Shown piece after piece: positions 12,376 to 25,950 of a stretch of DNA of 64,000 bases. The DNA is taken from assembly GCF_036321535.1 (NCBI RefSeq), contig NC_087438.1:10852001-10916000 (forward strand). Reading direction: 5' to 3'. Source of the stretch: Camelus dromedarius (taxonomy: Eukaryota). Position numbers and translations under genes: made by a program. The stretch's first letter is position 1. Every line of letters begins with the position of its first letter. A model generated the notes under the pieces. It was not told the origin of the DNA and did no database searches. It saw nothing but the letters and a program-made list of their open reading frames with translations.

Positions 12376-13329
12376 TGTTTGGAATGTTTAAAGTTTACAG
12401 ACTATTTCAGTTATCTGTGTGATCTCACCTTTTGTCAGGGATAATAAGTTAGATGTTTGTTTAACAGATGAAAATAGGACAGCATCTATTGTTGGAGTCC
12501 ACAGCTTCCATGTACATTTCAGTTAGGTTTTCATCTGAAGTGTTAAATGCAGACATGTGTTTTCTTTAAATCTGTGGAGGAACTGAATCCTGGAATTACT
12601 CAAAGGTTTGTTTCTGCCAGATATTTAAAGTTGACAAAGGAATCTATTTAATCCCTTTTGTTGAGATCAATGACACAATAATCTGATATTTTATTCTCTC
12701 AAAGTCCACTTCAAAGATATTTTGATAAAGATAATTAATATGTTATGTACGTGGTTAGAATTCTCAAAAAAGAAAGTATTTTCTTTCTTTTTCTTTTTCT
12801 CTTTCTTTTATCTCCTTTAATTTTTTTTTCTCTTTCTCCTTTTCTTTCTTAAATTCACTTGACTGGAGTGAGAAAAATAATCTCCTGATTGTATTCTAAC
12901 CAGTAAGTTTCTCTCTTGTTCAAACACTTTTTCCTTCATTTGCTCTTCCTCTTTCACACATACACAAAAATGTTGGATAAATTTTGTATTCTCCTATCCC
13001 ATATTCATCACTGGATTTTCCTACATATCTCACTGTCTGTTTAATCCAATCCCAGTTTAGCTTTATAGTAATTTTTTCTCACTTCTTGTGCTTTAGTCAC
13101 AGCCTTGCTTGGGATGCCCCAAACCTGCTTGGTCTCCGAATCTCCCCTACTTTTGCTTATAATGCTTCCTTCCTTTGCTGGGGGATGGCTCCCAGCATCT
13201 CCCTCCCTTCCACTTGCCACAGGTAGATTTTTTCTTCAGGGTCACATTCACATTCTCAGAAGCTGTCTTCATTGTTTTCTCTCTAGCTCTGCCCTAGAAT
13301 CTTTTAGTGCATTCTTACAGCATTTACCC

Positions 13330-13475
13330 CTCAGTCTGTGCTTGGATTAATTCCACTTTAAAAAATGAACTTATCCTATAGTAAAATTGCATCTCTTGTT
13401 GATGTTGATAATTCCTTAGTATCTAGCATAGTACCTTGACATAGCAGGTGCCTAAAATATATTTATTGTTGCCAT
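13330..13475 (+). mobile_element. L2 3' end
   Basis: attccttagtatctagcatagtaccttgacatagcaggtgcctaaaatatatttattg. Confidence 0.7.
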
Positions 13476-13814
13476 TTGCTGATTTATTTTGAGACATTTA
13501 AATTGATAAAATGTGTGCTATTAATATTCTCAAAACTTTAAGCATTTGAGGAAATATTATGATTGAAGGACTTCTAGGGTGTCTGTTAAAAGCATTCTGA
13601 ATCATATATATTGGTTAGTGTGGCTGAATGACAGAGTGGTACAGCCTTGACTCTGATAATCTGTTTGCATTAAAACATTTCTGATGCCAGGAAACCCACA
13701 TCAATAATTCAGGCAAATAAGAGAGAAATGGCCAATCCAAATGATAGATTAATTAAACTATGTTTTGTTACTATCAAGTACACACAACTACTTGGTTTAG
13801 GTATATTAAATTTT

Positions 13815-15074
13815 TTTCCTTAAATTTTTTTTATTAAAATATAGTTGGTGTACAATATAGTGATTCATAATTTTTAAAGGTTATACTCCATTTATAGTTA
13901 TTATAAAACATTGGCTATATTCCCTGTGTTGTACAATATATCTTTGTAGCTTATTTTATACATAATAGTTTATACCTCTTAATCCCCTACCCTTTTATAA
14001 CCCCTCCCCCCCTTGTCTCTTCCCACTGGTAGCCACTAGTTTTTATCCATATCTGTGAGTCTGCTTATTTTTTAAAAATTATATTCACTAGTTTGTTGTA
14101 ATTTTTAGATTCCACATATAAGTGATATCACGTAGTATTTGTCTTTCTCTGTCTGACTTATTTCATAATGCATTCTAAGTCATTCCATGTTATTGCAAAT
14201 GACAAAATTGTATTATTTTTTATGGCTGAGTAGTATTCTATTATATGTACATATCACATTTTCTTTATCCATTCATCTCTTGATAGACACTTAGGTTGAT
14301 TCCATACCTTGGCAGTTATAAATAATGCTATTATGAACGTTAGGGTTAGTGTTATTTTCAAATTCATGTTTTGGGTTTTGGATACATGTTCAGGAGTGGA
14401 ATTGCTGGGTTATATGGTGGTTCTACTTCTAGTTTTTTGAGAAACATCCATACTGTTTTCTATAGTTGTTACACCAATTTACATTCCCACCAACAGTGTA
14501 TGAGGTTTCCCTTTTTTTTGCATCCTTGCCAACATTTGTTATTTGTGTTCTTTTTGATGATAGCCATTCTGACAGGTGATATCTCATTGTGGTGAGGTGA
14601 GATGCTATCTCATCGTGGTTCTGATTTGTATTTCTCTGATGATTAGCAATGTTGAACATCTTTTTATGTGTGTGTTGGTCATCTGCATTTCCTCTCTGAG
14701 AAAATGTTTATTCAGTTCTTCTGTCTATTTTTCAATCGGGTTATTTGTTTTTGATGTCAAGTTGTATGAGCTGCTTATATATGCTGGATATTAACCCTTC
14801 ATAAGTCATATCATTTGCAAATATTTCCTCCCATTCAGTAGGTTGTCTTTTCATTTCCCTGATGGCTTTCTTTACTATGCAAAAGCTTTTAAGTTTAATT
14901 AGGTCCCATTTGTTTATTTTTGCTTTTATTTCCTTTGCTTTAGGAAACAGATCCAAAAAAATATTGCTATGATTTATGTCAGAGAGTGTTCTGCCTATGT
15001 TTTTTCTCTAGGAGTTTTATAGTATCTGGTCTTACATTTAGGTCTTAATCCATTTTGAGTTTATTTTCATTAAA
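13815..15074 (-). mobile_element. 5'-truncated L1 (ORF2 C-terminus plus 3' UTR)
   Basis: ORF 14741-14956 KAKINKWDLIKLKSFC..MKRQPTEWEEIFAN is L1 ORF2p; T-rich tail on the left; degenerate TSD tttaggtatattaaatttt (13796-13814) / tttagttaaattaaatttt (15075-15093). Confidence 0.95.
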
Positions 15075-18000
15075 TTTAGTTAAATTAAATTTTGACAACT
15101 AAAATATTTTTATAACTTTCTTCAATAAAGATAGTTATTTATAATGAGAATATATTGTTAATGTGAAAAGGAGTGGTTATTTAAAGAAGTTTGTTGTCTT
15201 AAAACAATAAGACAATACCCAACTCTTGCTTATATGTAGTTTTGTTTCCAAATCCTTTTCCACAGTAGAATTATGAACAAACCTTACTCTAAATCAATAA
15301 TTCCAAATTAACACCATGTGAATTAATGAAAGTTTTGCCAATAGCATTTCAGAGTTAACACACACAAACTGCAATCAAGCCATGCAACATAACTCAAAAT
15401 CAGTGACACCCACTTTTGAAAAATATTTCCACTAAAAAAGGAATAAATATGGCAATTCTATTGAATGACTAACTATTGCCTCAAGCAAAAGAGCTATGCT
15501 GTTCTAAAATACTGTGAACTGTGTTTATAAGAATAACTATTTATTGGCCCAAGGTGCCATTATTTCTGCTTTGGGTAGAGTAAATTGGAGGAATCAACTA
15601 ATGAGTTTTGCACAGGTTGGATGTACATAAACTTTCCTGAACTCTTGTTTTATCTTAGCTTCAAAGTTTCTTATTTCTAAATCCTGTTTACTTTCAGCAA
15701 AATGTGACTTCTTTGCTTCAAAGTAAACAGGCTATAAAAAGTCTCATAAGTCATCTTGGGATTTAGAAAGCCCTTACCAAACAAAAATCTTAATGGGTTC
15801 AGTGTCCATGATTCAGAAACATACGGATTGAATTTCCCTTTAAAATACTCATGAGCTTGAAAGTTAAGGGTGAAAACGGTTGGCCAAATGCACTTGGGGT
15901 TTTCTGGGAGCCAAGACCTTCAGAAAGGCAGCTGAGACAGTTTCCTATACACTTAGATTCAAACAGGTTTTCCAGTTCAGAGGGAGCTCCTTGTAATCAC
16001 AAATGATGCGTGTATGTATCTTAAACTGTTCCCACGGAGGTTGTACGGTCTTTGTAAAGATCAGGGGCATATGGTACATTATGTAGTCAAGATAATGTGC
16101 TTCCTTTTTATAAAGGTATCAACATTCATCTCTCATTACCTTTCATCTCCAAGAATGAAGATAAAACAGCTTAGTCTAGGATGTTACAAGCCTAATAAAA
16201 TTATGACCCTTGGTAGGTAAATTTAATGTAGGTGATATGTATTACCAGTTTAGAGCGTTTTGTGAGTTGCCATGCCGTCTATACTTTTCTGCTTTGAAAG
16301 GCAGCATGTATAAAGTCTTTCATTCTCCCGGAGCACAGGCACCACCAAAGTCTTTGACTCTGAGTGTATATGACAGGTTTCTCCACAATAGCCTATGTGT
16401 AAGATATTGAGACAAATTTTGGTAAATGACTTGAGCACTAGATCACGTTTTTTGTTAAGTTATTCTCATCACATCTTTGAATTGATGGAAAGAGTTGTTC
16501 AGCATAGTCAATACTTTTTCATATCTGTATGTAGCTATTGGAGGTTTTAGGTTCTTTGGAATCTAGAGGGTGCTTTTTTTTTTTTCCCCACTGCTAGGAA
16601 AGGGAAAATGCTAATTACATTTCCTAGCTTTAAGATGACATCATTTATTTAAAGGAAACTTTTAATGTGCGGGTGCTTTGCAATTGTTTTGGCTCTGTAA
16701 GCTTTGCTTTTCTAAGGAGTAGAACTAGACTTTTGACTGCATCTTGTAATATAAGGGGGGGCAGGGAAATTCTGCAGGAAAACATCTCCACTTGTGATCT
16801 CTCAATTCTACCGGAGGAATTTATTTCTCTATGATACAGTTTTCCTACATCTAAGATGAGCCCTGATGGCCAGGTTACCCCACATATGATTTCAGAGGCC
16901 AGAATAACATTCTCGGGCTTCCCAGGTAAAATGATAAACCCCAGAGTGTTCTGTAGATACTTTTGTACATCTCAGGGTTTTGACCTAAATGATTATGCAT
17001 ACTCATGGGTATTCACATGGGCCATTCCTTTGATTCTAAGTTCCCGTGATAGATTGCAAATTAATGTTTTCTCCAAATGGTTTGACAGAGGTATAGGGGA
17101 AGAGCAAGGCGGTGTGCCAACACTATGGTTTATGCTGCCTTCTTGGGTATAAACCTGCCTTATATCTACCAGCTTCAAGACACATGGTGTGTCCAGGCTG
17201 TCATAATATTTATTCACAACAGCTGGCATGCGACAGAGTGGGGTCTGTGCCTTCATTCAAATTAGACCCATGGCTTGGTTTATTTGAACTGGTACAGAAG
17301 AAGAAAAATCTTTATACAAAATGACATCTGGGAAGAGATGTGCTTGCTTTTCAAAGCACTAATGGCATCATAAATTCATGAGTTTCTAAGGCCACTGCAG
17401 ATGTCCGGATGGGAAATAACACAAAGAAAGAAAAATGAAAAGTGAAATGGATATGAAGGACATTGTACTCCGGCTCCTCAGTGGTTTCCTGCAAAAACCT
17501 GAACTAACTACCAAATTTCTCTCATTAGTTAAGCAAGGACAGAGGGGAAGAGGTGGCATAGTGACTCCAACGCTGGAGTGTGACTCCCTTAACAGTTGCT
17601 GTCATGGCCATCGATGAGACAGTTGAGCTTTGGGGAAGTGGCCAGCCGGACAGTCAGGGCAGGGAGGGGATATCTCTTATTGGAAGTGAAGTTTCCAGGG
17701 TGCGTCAACAGACGTGCGATCATTTGTAGACTGAGTTCTGCTGGGAGGGGAGCTGGGGTGCACCTGTGGTGGCCACTCGAGGTCACTGATGACTGTAATG
17801 TTAGGAAAGCCTTGGAGTCTTTCCTGTTACTGCTAAACCTCATTTTTCAGCCACAAAGCAGCTTTTCATCCTGGACTAGGAGGGGATGTGGGTCACAGGA
17901 AGAACCAGTCTTTGGGGATATTTCTTATCTTTCATAACTGAGCACTTCTGAGTGAGTAACATTTTGTGATGCTAGCTGACACACTTTTCTTTTTTGTATT

Positions 18001-18231
18001 TTGTTATACCTGACCCTCTCCCAGGTTAGCCCGAGATCTCCATTGCTCAGGGGAGATGATTATTACAGCAAAAATGCAAAGAGAATGAGCTAAAAGTTTT
18101 AAAATTCCAAAATAGATTTTTAAAGTCAATTTCAGAGACAATAGTTGTGAAAGAAAAAGGCAAAGTCTATGTTTTCAAGAGATTTTTGAGAGAAATATTG
18201 TGTAATGTTTTTGGTGTTTTCAGAAAATAAA

Positions 18232-18727
18232 ATAGGGATATTTAACCTTTTTTTAATGCCATGGATTCTCCCTTGGCAGTCTGGAGAAACCCATGGACAA
18301 CATCTAAGAATATTTTTAAGGCATAAAATACAATACATGGATTACAAAATTACAACTTTCTTGAACTACAGTTACCAATAGTATAAGAGATGACACATGT
18401 CTTAAAAGTGTGTGTGCTTCTCTTCTAATGAGTTAGATGACAAGATCTAGTGGTGGGTCCCGTGACATTGTCATCCCAAAGTAGTGGTGAGCACAGATGA
18501 TGGTCTGAGGTATCTGTCACACCTATAGTGTGATGTGAAAGTATATGTAATTTTTTTGTAATAAAGTCATGCATTTCTCAAATATGACTGTGGTGTGTTG
18601 CCCGAGTTGAACCTGCAGGAAATGTCAGATTCCAGTTATAGGTTGGTGAAAATAAAGGTCTATTTTTCCCAATTTAAGTTCATAGAATCCCTGAATTCTT
18701 TAGAGCTGCAGACCCAGGTTAAGAATT
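18232..18727. mobile_element. Charlie4a-type hAT DNA transposon derivative
   Basis: ttaaccttttttaatgccatgga..ttggcagtctgg..acaagatctagtggtgggtc..gttggtgaaaataaag..cccaggttaagaa. Confidence 0.8.
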
Positions 18728-18739
18728 TTTTTTAATTAA

Positions 18740-18972
18740 GAAAGATTTTAAAAAATTTTAAATCAGGTTTTTTTTTTATTGAAGTATAGTTGGTTAACAA
18801 TATTGTGTTATTTTCAAGTGTACAGCAGTGATTTGATTTTATATATATATATACATACATATATATTTATTCTTTTTTGGATTCTTTTCCATTATAGGTT
18901 TTTACAAAATATTGAATATAGCTCCCTGTGTTATACAGTAAATCCTTGTTGTTTATCTATTTTATATATGGT
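18740..18972 (-). mobile_element. L1 3' end, truncated
   Basis: Poly-T followed by attgaagtatagttg...ttttccattatagg...atattgaatatagctccctgtgttatacagtaaatccttgttg. Confidence 0.85.
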
Positions 18973-19322
18973 TGTGGGCATCTGTAAGAATTCCTGATAT
19001 GAAGGCAGAGTTTTGGTGGAGCAGGACATAAAGTTTATTTATGTGCAATAGAGGGTGGGTGGAGAGCTGGACACTTCCCCTTTGAGGGAGGGAGATGAGG
19101 GCCTGAGGAATGAAATGACAGAGGATGGCAGTGAGGATTTCAGCGCCTGGAGCCGCCCTGCCCCCGCTGAGGGAGCTCTGTCTGGGCATCCTCAGGCGCT
19201 AGGCTGAGTCCAGCCAGTGCCTACAGGTGTCCCTCACCACACACCAAACAGGGCGTGGCTTCTAAGATGGAGATACAGCAGCTCAGAGGAGTAAAACCAG
19301 TACCAATGTGTTCATATAGCAC

Positions 19323-20420
19323 ACACTCATTCATTCCATATTTAGTTGACAGTGACTTCTTGAGCATCTATCTTGTACCAGGCACTGTGCTGGATGCTGG
19401 GGATGCAGTGATGGGGATGCAGGCATTCTCATGGTCCTGTTCTCATGCAAGTGGCACTCTGGTGGAGGATGGAGGTAAGTAATTATCAGTTAATAGAGAG
19501 TGAGAAGCGCTAAGACATTGTTGTCCCAGTGTTAGGGCACACTGGAAGGACACACACCCAGAGTGAGGGGATCAGGATAAAACTCCTGAAGGAAGAAGAT
19601 ATGCCTTTTAGAAGATGGGTTTGTGTGAGGTGAGAACACAGGCAGCAGTGAGGCCTGAGGAGGGGACTGTTATGTGACTATGCACCAGGAAGGTGATGGC
19701 CTGGATGGCGGTGGTGGCATTTGGGAGCAAGAGACATGGACAAAGTTAGGAGATAGTTTGGAATTAGGCTTCACAGAACTTGATAAATGATTAGTTTCAA
19801 GGAATGAGGAAGAGGTTGGAATCAAGCTTAACTTTCAGGTTTCCAGCCCAAGCCATCACCCCAGAATATCGTCACTTCAGGGAAGAGCAGAGAATGACAG
19901 GATCAAAAAGTTCTCAGAGAATTATCAGAGGAGAAAAATAAAGGCCTAGGGAGCATATTTCCAGGTCAAATGCTACTGAAATATAAGCAATGCAAGCTTT
20001 GAGCAGTGACCGTGGCGCCAAGAACAAAGGTCTTTAAGGAATTTGACAACAGCAATTCCCTTGAAGTGGTGGGTAGGGTCTCAGACCCCAGTGAGCTAAG
20101 AAGGTAGGAAAGGGCAGGAAAAAGGAGTGAAGTTTTCAAGGCAGTGGTTGTGAAGGGAAACAGAGGAAGGATAATTGCTGGAAAAGATTTGTTCAGTAGG
20201 AATCTAGATCTTGGTGGCATTAACACAAACGGAATTCAATGTTCCATGTGGCTGAAGTCAGGTGGTGATGTCATCTGAAACAGAAAGGGACACGGTCAGA
20301 CTGTATGTTTAAGAGCGGAGCAGGGGGGCTCCTAAAAATGATGGGAAGGAGAGCCAGCTAGGGGAGAGAGAGTCACAGATGATAGGAGGGCCCAGGGGAG
20401 GCAGGAGATCCCAGCTGGGA
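19323..20420 (-). mobile_element. L2 fragments
   Basis: cattcattc..ttgagcatctatcttgtaccaggcactgtgctggatgctgggga and further purine-rich antisense L2 text; right boundary uncertain. Confidence 0.7.
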
Positions 20421-20546
20421 CTTGTCCACTCCTGTTTCCTTTTGTGTCAAGGTACTTTAAGATACAGATCACTGACTGATTTTTGAAGGGCTTGAGTAAA
20501 TTTGGTAAGCCTAAAATGTCACCCCCATTGAGTTCATAATGTCTTT

Positions 20547-21125
20547 TTGTATGAATGTTCTATTGCTGCTTAATGAATTATTACAAACTTAGCAGCTTAA
20601 ATCAACACCCATTTATTGTCTCGCAATGTCCATGCCTCAGGAGGCTGGGTGCAGGCTAACTGGGTCCTCTACTCAGTGTCTGAACAGGCTGAAATCAAGG
20701 TCCTGGCTGGTGCTGCAAACTTGTGTGAGGTGTGAGTTTTTCCTCTAAGCTTATGGGTTGTTGGTAGAATTCAGTTCCTTGCAATTGTACTGTTGATGTG
20801 CTGGTTTTTCAGCTGGTTGTTGGATGGGGACTATTCTCAAGTCATTACCATGTGGCCCTCTTCCACACAGCCTCTTACTTCTTCAAGGTCAGCAGGACGA
20901 TATCTCTGACTTCCTCTTGTTAGAATTCACTTGATTAGGTCAGGCCCACCCAGGATCATCTCCCTTTTGATTAACTCAAAGTCAACTGAGTAGCAACCTA
21001 ATCATGGAGATGGAATCCCAACATATCCAAAATTTCTGACAACACTAAGGGGAGGGGATGGTTTGGGACATGTTTATCAGGGGGTGGGAATCTTGGGGTT
21101 ATTTTCAAGCTCTGTCTGCAGTACT
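20547..21125 (-). mobile_element. MLT1 (MaLR) solo LTR
   Basis: ttctattgctgc..acaaacttagcagcttaaatcaacacccatttattgtctc..ggtagaattcagttccttgca..gattaggtcaggcccacccaggat. Confidence 0.85.
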
Positions 21126-21181
21126 TCTTTGTAATGTTTTTTTTTTTTTTTTTTCCAAACATGGCCCTCTTCTTCTGTTAC

Positions 21182-21912
21182 TGTGGTAAATTGAACATTT
21201 GGTTCCCATGTTTTACTCTCCTGTTGGAACATTGTACATCTGCAGACCTGACATGACTTTATGGTAGGGAGAGGATAATTTTCCACCCCTTGGTTTTGGG
21301 ATTAACCAGGTGACTTGCTTGGAACAATAAAGGATATGAGGCTGAGACGGTGAGAAGAGTTTTCAGACCCAGGTGCAGACTGGACAGGTGTGTGAGAGGG
21401 AGAAGGAAGAAGTTTGGAGAGGAAACAGACTGCAGGGCAGTCCAAGGAAAGTTTTGGCCAGACTCACTGGAAGCTCTCAAGCCAAAGTCACTCAATTAAG
21501 GAGTCCTGCCTCTTGCAGGAATGGACCTGCATTGACACCCTCTATTCCTGATCTCAGTCATTGGCTGGGAGTAGCCCAAGGGAAAGGTGGCCCCACCATG
21601 AATATGGAGATGGACACACAACAGCAACAATTGGCACTTTCAGTCAGGTAATTTTCCTGCAGCAGGATATCTGAATGATGCATTCTTATGCCTCCCTGAG
21701 GCATGAAACACATTACTAGATGTGATGTGGACAGAGGCTTCCAAATGCTTGCTTGGAGGACTTGCCATATGATGTTACTGCCATTGTCATCCCCCTCATA
21801 GCCGGCATGAGACATGTAGAGCAGAGCCACCCCTGCTAGCCTGCAGAGTCATGAATGTACACCTCCAAGTTTATGTGGTTGTTTCTTACATGGCAATAGC
21901 TGACTGATACAA
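21182..21912 (+). mobile_element. Older MLT1 LTR split by a nested LTR
   Basis: 5' part tgtggtaaattg..ccccttggttttggg..gtgacttgcttgg; 3' end ttacatggcaatagctgactgataca. Confidence 0.65.
21335..21712 (-). mobile_element. LTR40-like ERVL LTR fragment
   Basis: cagactgcagggcag..aaagttttggccagac..aggagtcctgcctcttgcaggaatgg..ctcagtcattggctgggag. Confidence 0.65.
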
Positions 21913-22419
21913 TAGCTTAAAACCAAATGCCTTATGAAGCACTTTTCAGCATCATACACTAAAAGATGTTAGGTTTTATAGTCTTAGGGCAAGAAGGGGA
22001 ATTAAAATCTAAGTGGAATTATAAAATTAAAAGATCACAGTATCATTCTTATACAGATGACTAAACTGGGATCTAGGGAGGTTAAACGAAATGTCCTGGT
22101 TCACACAGCAATTTAGAATGAAAAACTAAGTTAGACCAGATTGAGTCTCCACATATATCTCTATTGTCAGTAAAGTAGACACTGGGAAGTAACTATTGTT
22201 TCTTACACATGATACAGATTTTAAATCTCTTGAATAATAGTTGATCATAACTCTTTTTAATTAGAACCAGACATGGAATGACTTTAAAATGGGACATCAG
22301 TTTTATTTGTGTTGAGTCTGATTTTATAGTATTTTGACTTTCTAAGATAGGAAGCTTGGAAAGAATTAAAAGCAAGAAGAAAACGTGGGTATGTTGGAAA
22401 AGACATAGAATTACAGAGA

Positions 22420-22625
22420 TCATGATGTGGAAGCTCCGACACTCTGCAGATGTGTTCTGTTTGGCAGGAACTTTTCTAAATTGAATGCGATGCCTTTAGT
22501 AGAGGTGGGTATTCTCCTGGTTTCCCGGGTTCCACCATCTTCTATTGTCTTATTCCTGGCCCACTTCACTAATGGACTGCATCTCCCTGGACCCTGAGGG
22601 AGTCTGAGTTCACAATCCTGGATCC
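22420..22625. mobile_element. MER102-like hAT element fragment
   Basis: tgtgttctgtttggc..ttgaatgcgatgcctttag..ctattgtcttattcctggcccacttcact..ctgagttcacaatcctg. Confidence 0.55.
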
Positions 22626-22694
22626 AGAATAATCTATGATGTTATCCTTGTAACTATATGGCCTCAATTAGTGGCTGCTACAATGTAACTCCTC

Positions 22695-23000
22695 AATTCG
22701 CTGATTCATTCGAGGATATCTAGTGAGTGCCAATCTGGACAGACACTATTCTAGGCGTTTGAACAAAACTGACAGGAATTCCTTTTTTTTATGGTGCTTG
22801 CTTTAAATATAATAGATAACATGCATAATAAGTAAATTATATATAATGTTAGAAGGGGATAAATATTATAGCAAAAGAGAAAGCCTAGGGAGAGAGAGAG
22901 AGGAATGTGTTCTGTGATTTTAAATCAAATGGTCAGTGTGGACCTTGTTGGGAAGATAACATTTGGATATTTGAGCAAATACTTGATGGAGGTAAGTGAG
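22695..23000 (-). mobile_element. L2 3' region
   Basis: gattcattcg..gagtgccaat..cactattctaggcg..gaacaaaactgac..ttgagcaaatacttgatggaggt. Confidence 0.7.
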
Positions 23001-24699
23001 ACAATTTTCGAAATGAGAAAATGAATAGAGGAATCATTCCTGTGAAATGAAATATTTTTATCTAAAACGTTTCACAAAGATAATAAATTTTCTGCTTCTG
23101 GAAGAACGGCAGGGGGTGTGGTTCCTGTGGCTTACATTTGTGAAGTTCAAGTCTTCTCTGCTTCTGTGCTTTCCTAGTATTTCCAGCGCTCGCATAAGAA
23201 GTCAGCTTGCATCTGCCTTTTCCTAGGGTTCCTGCATTATCTGGCTTATCCTAACACTGCAATGATGCGTAGGCTTACTTTTGTAGAGAGAAAGTGGGAT
23301 AAAGGGCTCTCCTTTAAAAGAGGAACCTACAGGTAGAAAGAGGGATGTGGGCACCATGCCACTGAGAAGACATCAATAGCTCTGTTGTGTGAGGGGCACA
23401 TTTTACCGTACGGATGGCTTTCATGAAACAGAGCTGGAGCCGAGCCACAGACAGAAAACAATTTGTGTCGAAGGTGGCAGAACAAAACATCGACAGCCCC
23501 CTGAATCACAATTGCAGGCTTTGACTGGTGTAACCAAGTCTAATGGAAGCCTCCATTTCACTACTGGGAGGAACTGTCTCTGGAGAAGCCGAGGTATGCA
23601 TCATCAAAACAAACCTGATCCAGAACTCAGAATCTCAGAGCTGCAGAATTAGCTACACTGGGGGAAAAAGTGTTTCCCCTTCAGACAGCTATCCTGCACT
23701 AAAAGACCCCAGGGATTACAGCCGATATCTGATCTAGCATTTAATACTGGAACACAGCATTTGTACCCAGACCCTGTGGCTTAATTCTTAAGATTCAAAG
23801 AGGTGGTTAAGAATGTTTATGCTTCAGAGACGGAGGCTATGAGAATGGGCACCATTTCAAAAATGTCGATTTTGAAGAAGTAAGCCTAACAAAAAGCTTT
23901 CTGTTTCTGTCCCTTAAGGAGAAATGGCACTATCCAGCCCCAGCTAGCCTGAGGCTGAATTATCGCAAGGACTGTTTTGTGTGCATTTTCAATCTGTTGT
24001 CAACACCAAAGCAAAATATAAAGAAAGCTTTGTCACCCCTCAGGAATTTCTGGGATGTAGCTCACATTTAACTTTTCCAGGCTTGTTCATAGGCTTTGGG
24101 TAATATTTTGGTAATTTCTATCTAACAAATTGCTTTCTTTGAATCTGGTGGTGGGTGGAAAAGGAGAATGTCAACTGGATGAGGAACTATGCTGAGCATT
24201 CAGCTTGGTCTCATGTCTCTTTTGCAAATGAATCGTGGCCCTCATCCAGCAGTGTGAGGGAACCGAAGACAGAGGGACCCACATCCAGCTAAATCTCCGA
24301 GGAATGAGCTGATAGGTTGAAGCCAATGTATTGGTTTGAGTTTCCCCCAGAGCAGCTCCTGACATAAGGACTCTAGTGCAAGTAATTCACTTGGAACAGA
24401 GTAAAGACATGGGCTGACAAAGGGAAGGTGGCCAAGAAAGACAAGCTACCACTGTGGGTGATGGGTTTAATTTTCCTGGGAGATTCTGGGAAATGACGTA
24501 AATCAGAGCCAATGCAGTCTTCTCTCAGCCCACCAAGATACTCATTAATCCATTTATTCAACAAATATCTTTGAGGGCTGCAAGGGCCAAACACTCTTCC
24601 AGGCACAGGGGTGATTAGTAAACAAAACAAAACCCCACGTCCTTGGGTAGCTTTCCTTCTGGAAGGAGAGAAAGACAAAGGCAGGAGAATTAAGTCAAG

Positions 24700-24920
24700 T
24701 CTAGACCTGTGCTGTCCAACATGGCAGTGTTGAGCCACGTGTGCCTACTGAGAACTTGCAATGAGGCCAGTCCAAAATGAGATATAATAATAATAATTAA
24801 GCTATATGGTATTAACCAAAATATGTCACTAAAATTAATTTCATTGATTTATTTTTTTAAATGCAGCTACTAGAAAATTTAAACCTATATGAGGCTCACA
24901 TTATATTTCTGTGGAATCTG
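24700..24920. mobile_element. MER3/MER33-type hAT MITE
   Basis: ctagacctgtgctgtccaacatggcag..agccacgtgtgcctactgag..gctactagaaaatttaaa..ggctcacattatatttct. Confidence 0.7.
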
Positions 24921-24929
24921 GCAATACAA

Positions 24930-25068
24930 TGACTAGCCTATACTGTACCTTCAGCTGGAAACTTGTTAGAAGTGCCTGATCTCTGGTCCCACCCAGACCA
25001 ACTGGATCAAAGTCTTCACTTTAGCAAGATGCCCAGGTAATTTGTAGGCAGATCAGTGTTGGAGAATT
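24930..25068. mobile_element. MER5A-type MITE
   Basis: ctggaaacttgttagaagtgc..cccacccagaccaactggatcaaa..tttagcaagatgcccaggtaatttgtaggca. Confidence 0.75.
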
Positions 25069-25444
25069 ATCGATCTACCGTGTGCACTTGGTAGGTGCTG
25101 AGGTGAAGAGCAAAGCAGGCAGAGAGGATGTGACGTCCAAGTAGATTACGGCTTTATTTTCTCTAGTTTTAGATGTGGTGGGAATGTCCTCACTCAGTCT
25201 GGGGTAAGACCTCACTAAGAACATGATAATTAAGTAAAATCTAAAGGAAGGGATGGAGCAGCCATGGAAATATGTTTGGAAATAGCTGTACCTGAGGAAG
25301 TGCATTTGAGGAGTCTCATCCATACCTGGATACAATTTAGAACCACATACCTAAGCCTTATGCTGTGTGATGAGTTTGAGGCCTTGGGGGAGGAAGGGAA
25401 TATATTTTGTACGTGGGGAGGATGTGAGTTGCTATGCCAAGTGA

Positions 25445-25950
25445 AGGTGGTGACAAATTGTGTGATCCAAAGATGACTGAAAATATATCTCATTCTACTT
25501 GTCCTTACGGAACCTTGTCACTCTTCCATTGGAGGTAAAGTCTACCCCCTTTCCTTGAATCTGATCAGTGTTTGGGACTGGATTGACCAATAAAGTGAGG
25601 TGGAAGTCATGTTACATGACTTTTCAGATAAGGTCACAAAAATGCCATATACTTCTTCTTTGTTCTCTTGGGATGCTAACTATTGGAACCCAACCTCCAT
25701 ACTGTAAGGAAGCCCAAACAGCCTGTGGAGTGTCTCACATCAGAAGAACCTGCCTGCCATGTGAGTGAGCCACACTGTAGGTAGATCAGCCTCAAGCTGA
25801 GACTCCTTGTCTGATATTTCATGGGACAAAGATGAGACATTCCTACTGCACCTGCCCAAATCACAGGCTCGAGTACAATGAATGATCATTATTGCTCTAA
25901 GCTAGTAGCTTTTGACAAGTTTTGTTTTCCAGCAATAAATAACTGAAACT
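25445..25950 (+). mobile_element. MLT1 (MaLR) solo LTR
   Basis: ttgaccaataaagtgaggtggaagtcatg..ggaacccaacctccatactgtaaggaagcccaaacagcc..agcaataaataactgaaac. Confidence 0.8.

Larger units (their letters stand above)
24540..25345 (-). mobile_element. L2 fragment interrupted by hAT MITEs
   Basis: catttattcaacaaatatctttgagggc..aaacaaaacaaaaccccacgtcc; resumes at about 25075. Confidence 0.7.

Noticed and set aside
14371..14956. ORFs with similarity to L1 ORF2p (also at 4613-5681 and 58057-58338)
   Set aside because: Fragmented by stops and frameshifts in 5'-truncated copies; no functional retrotransposase.
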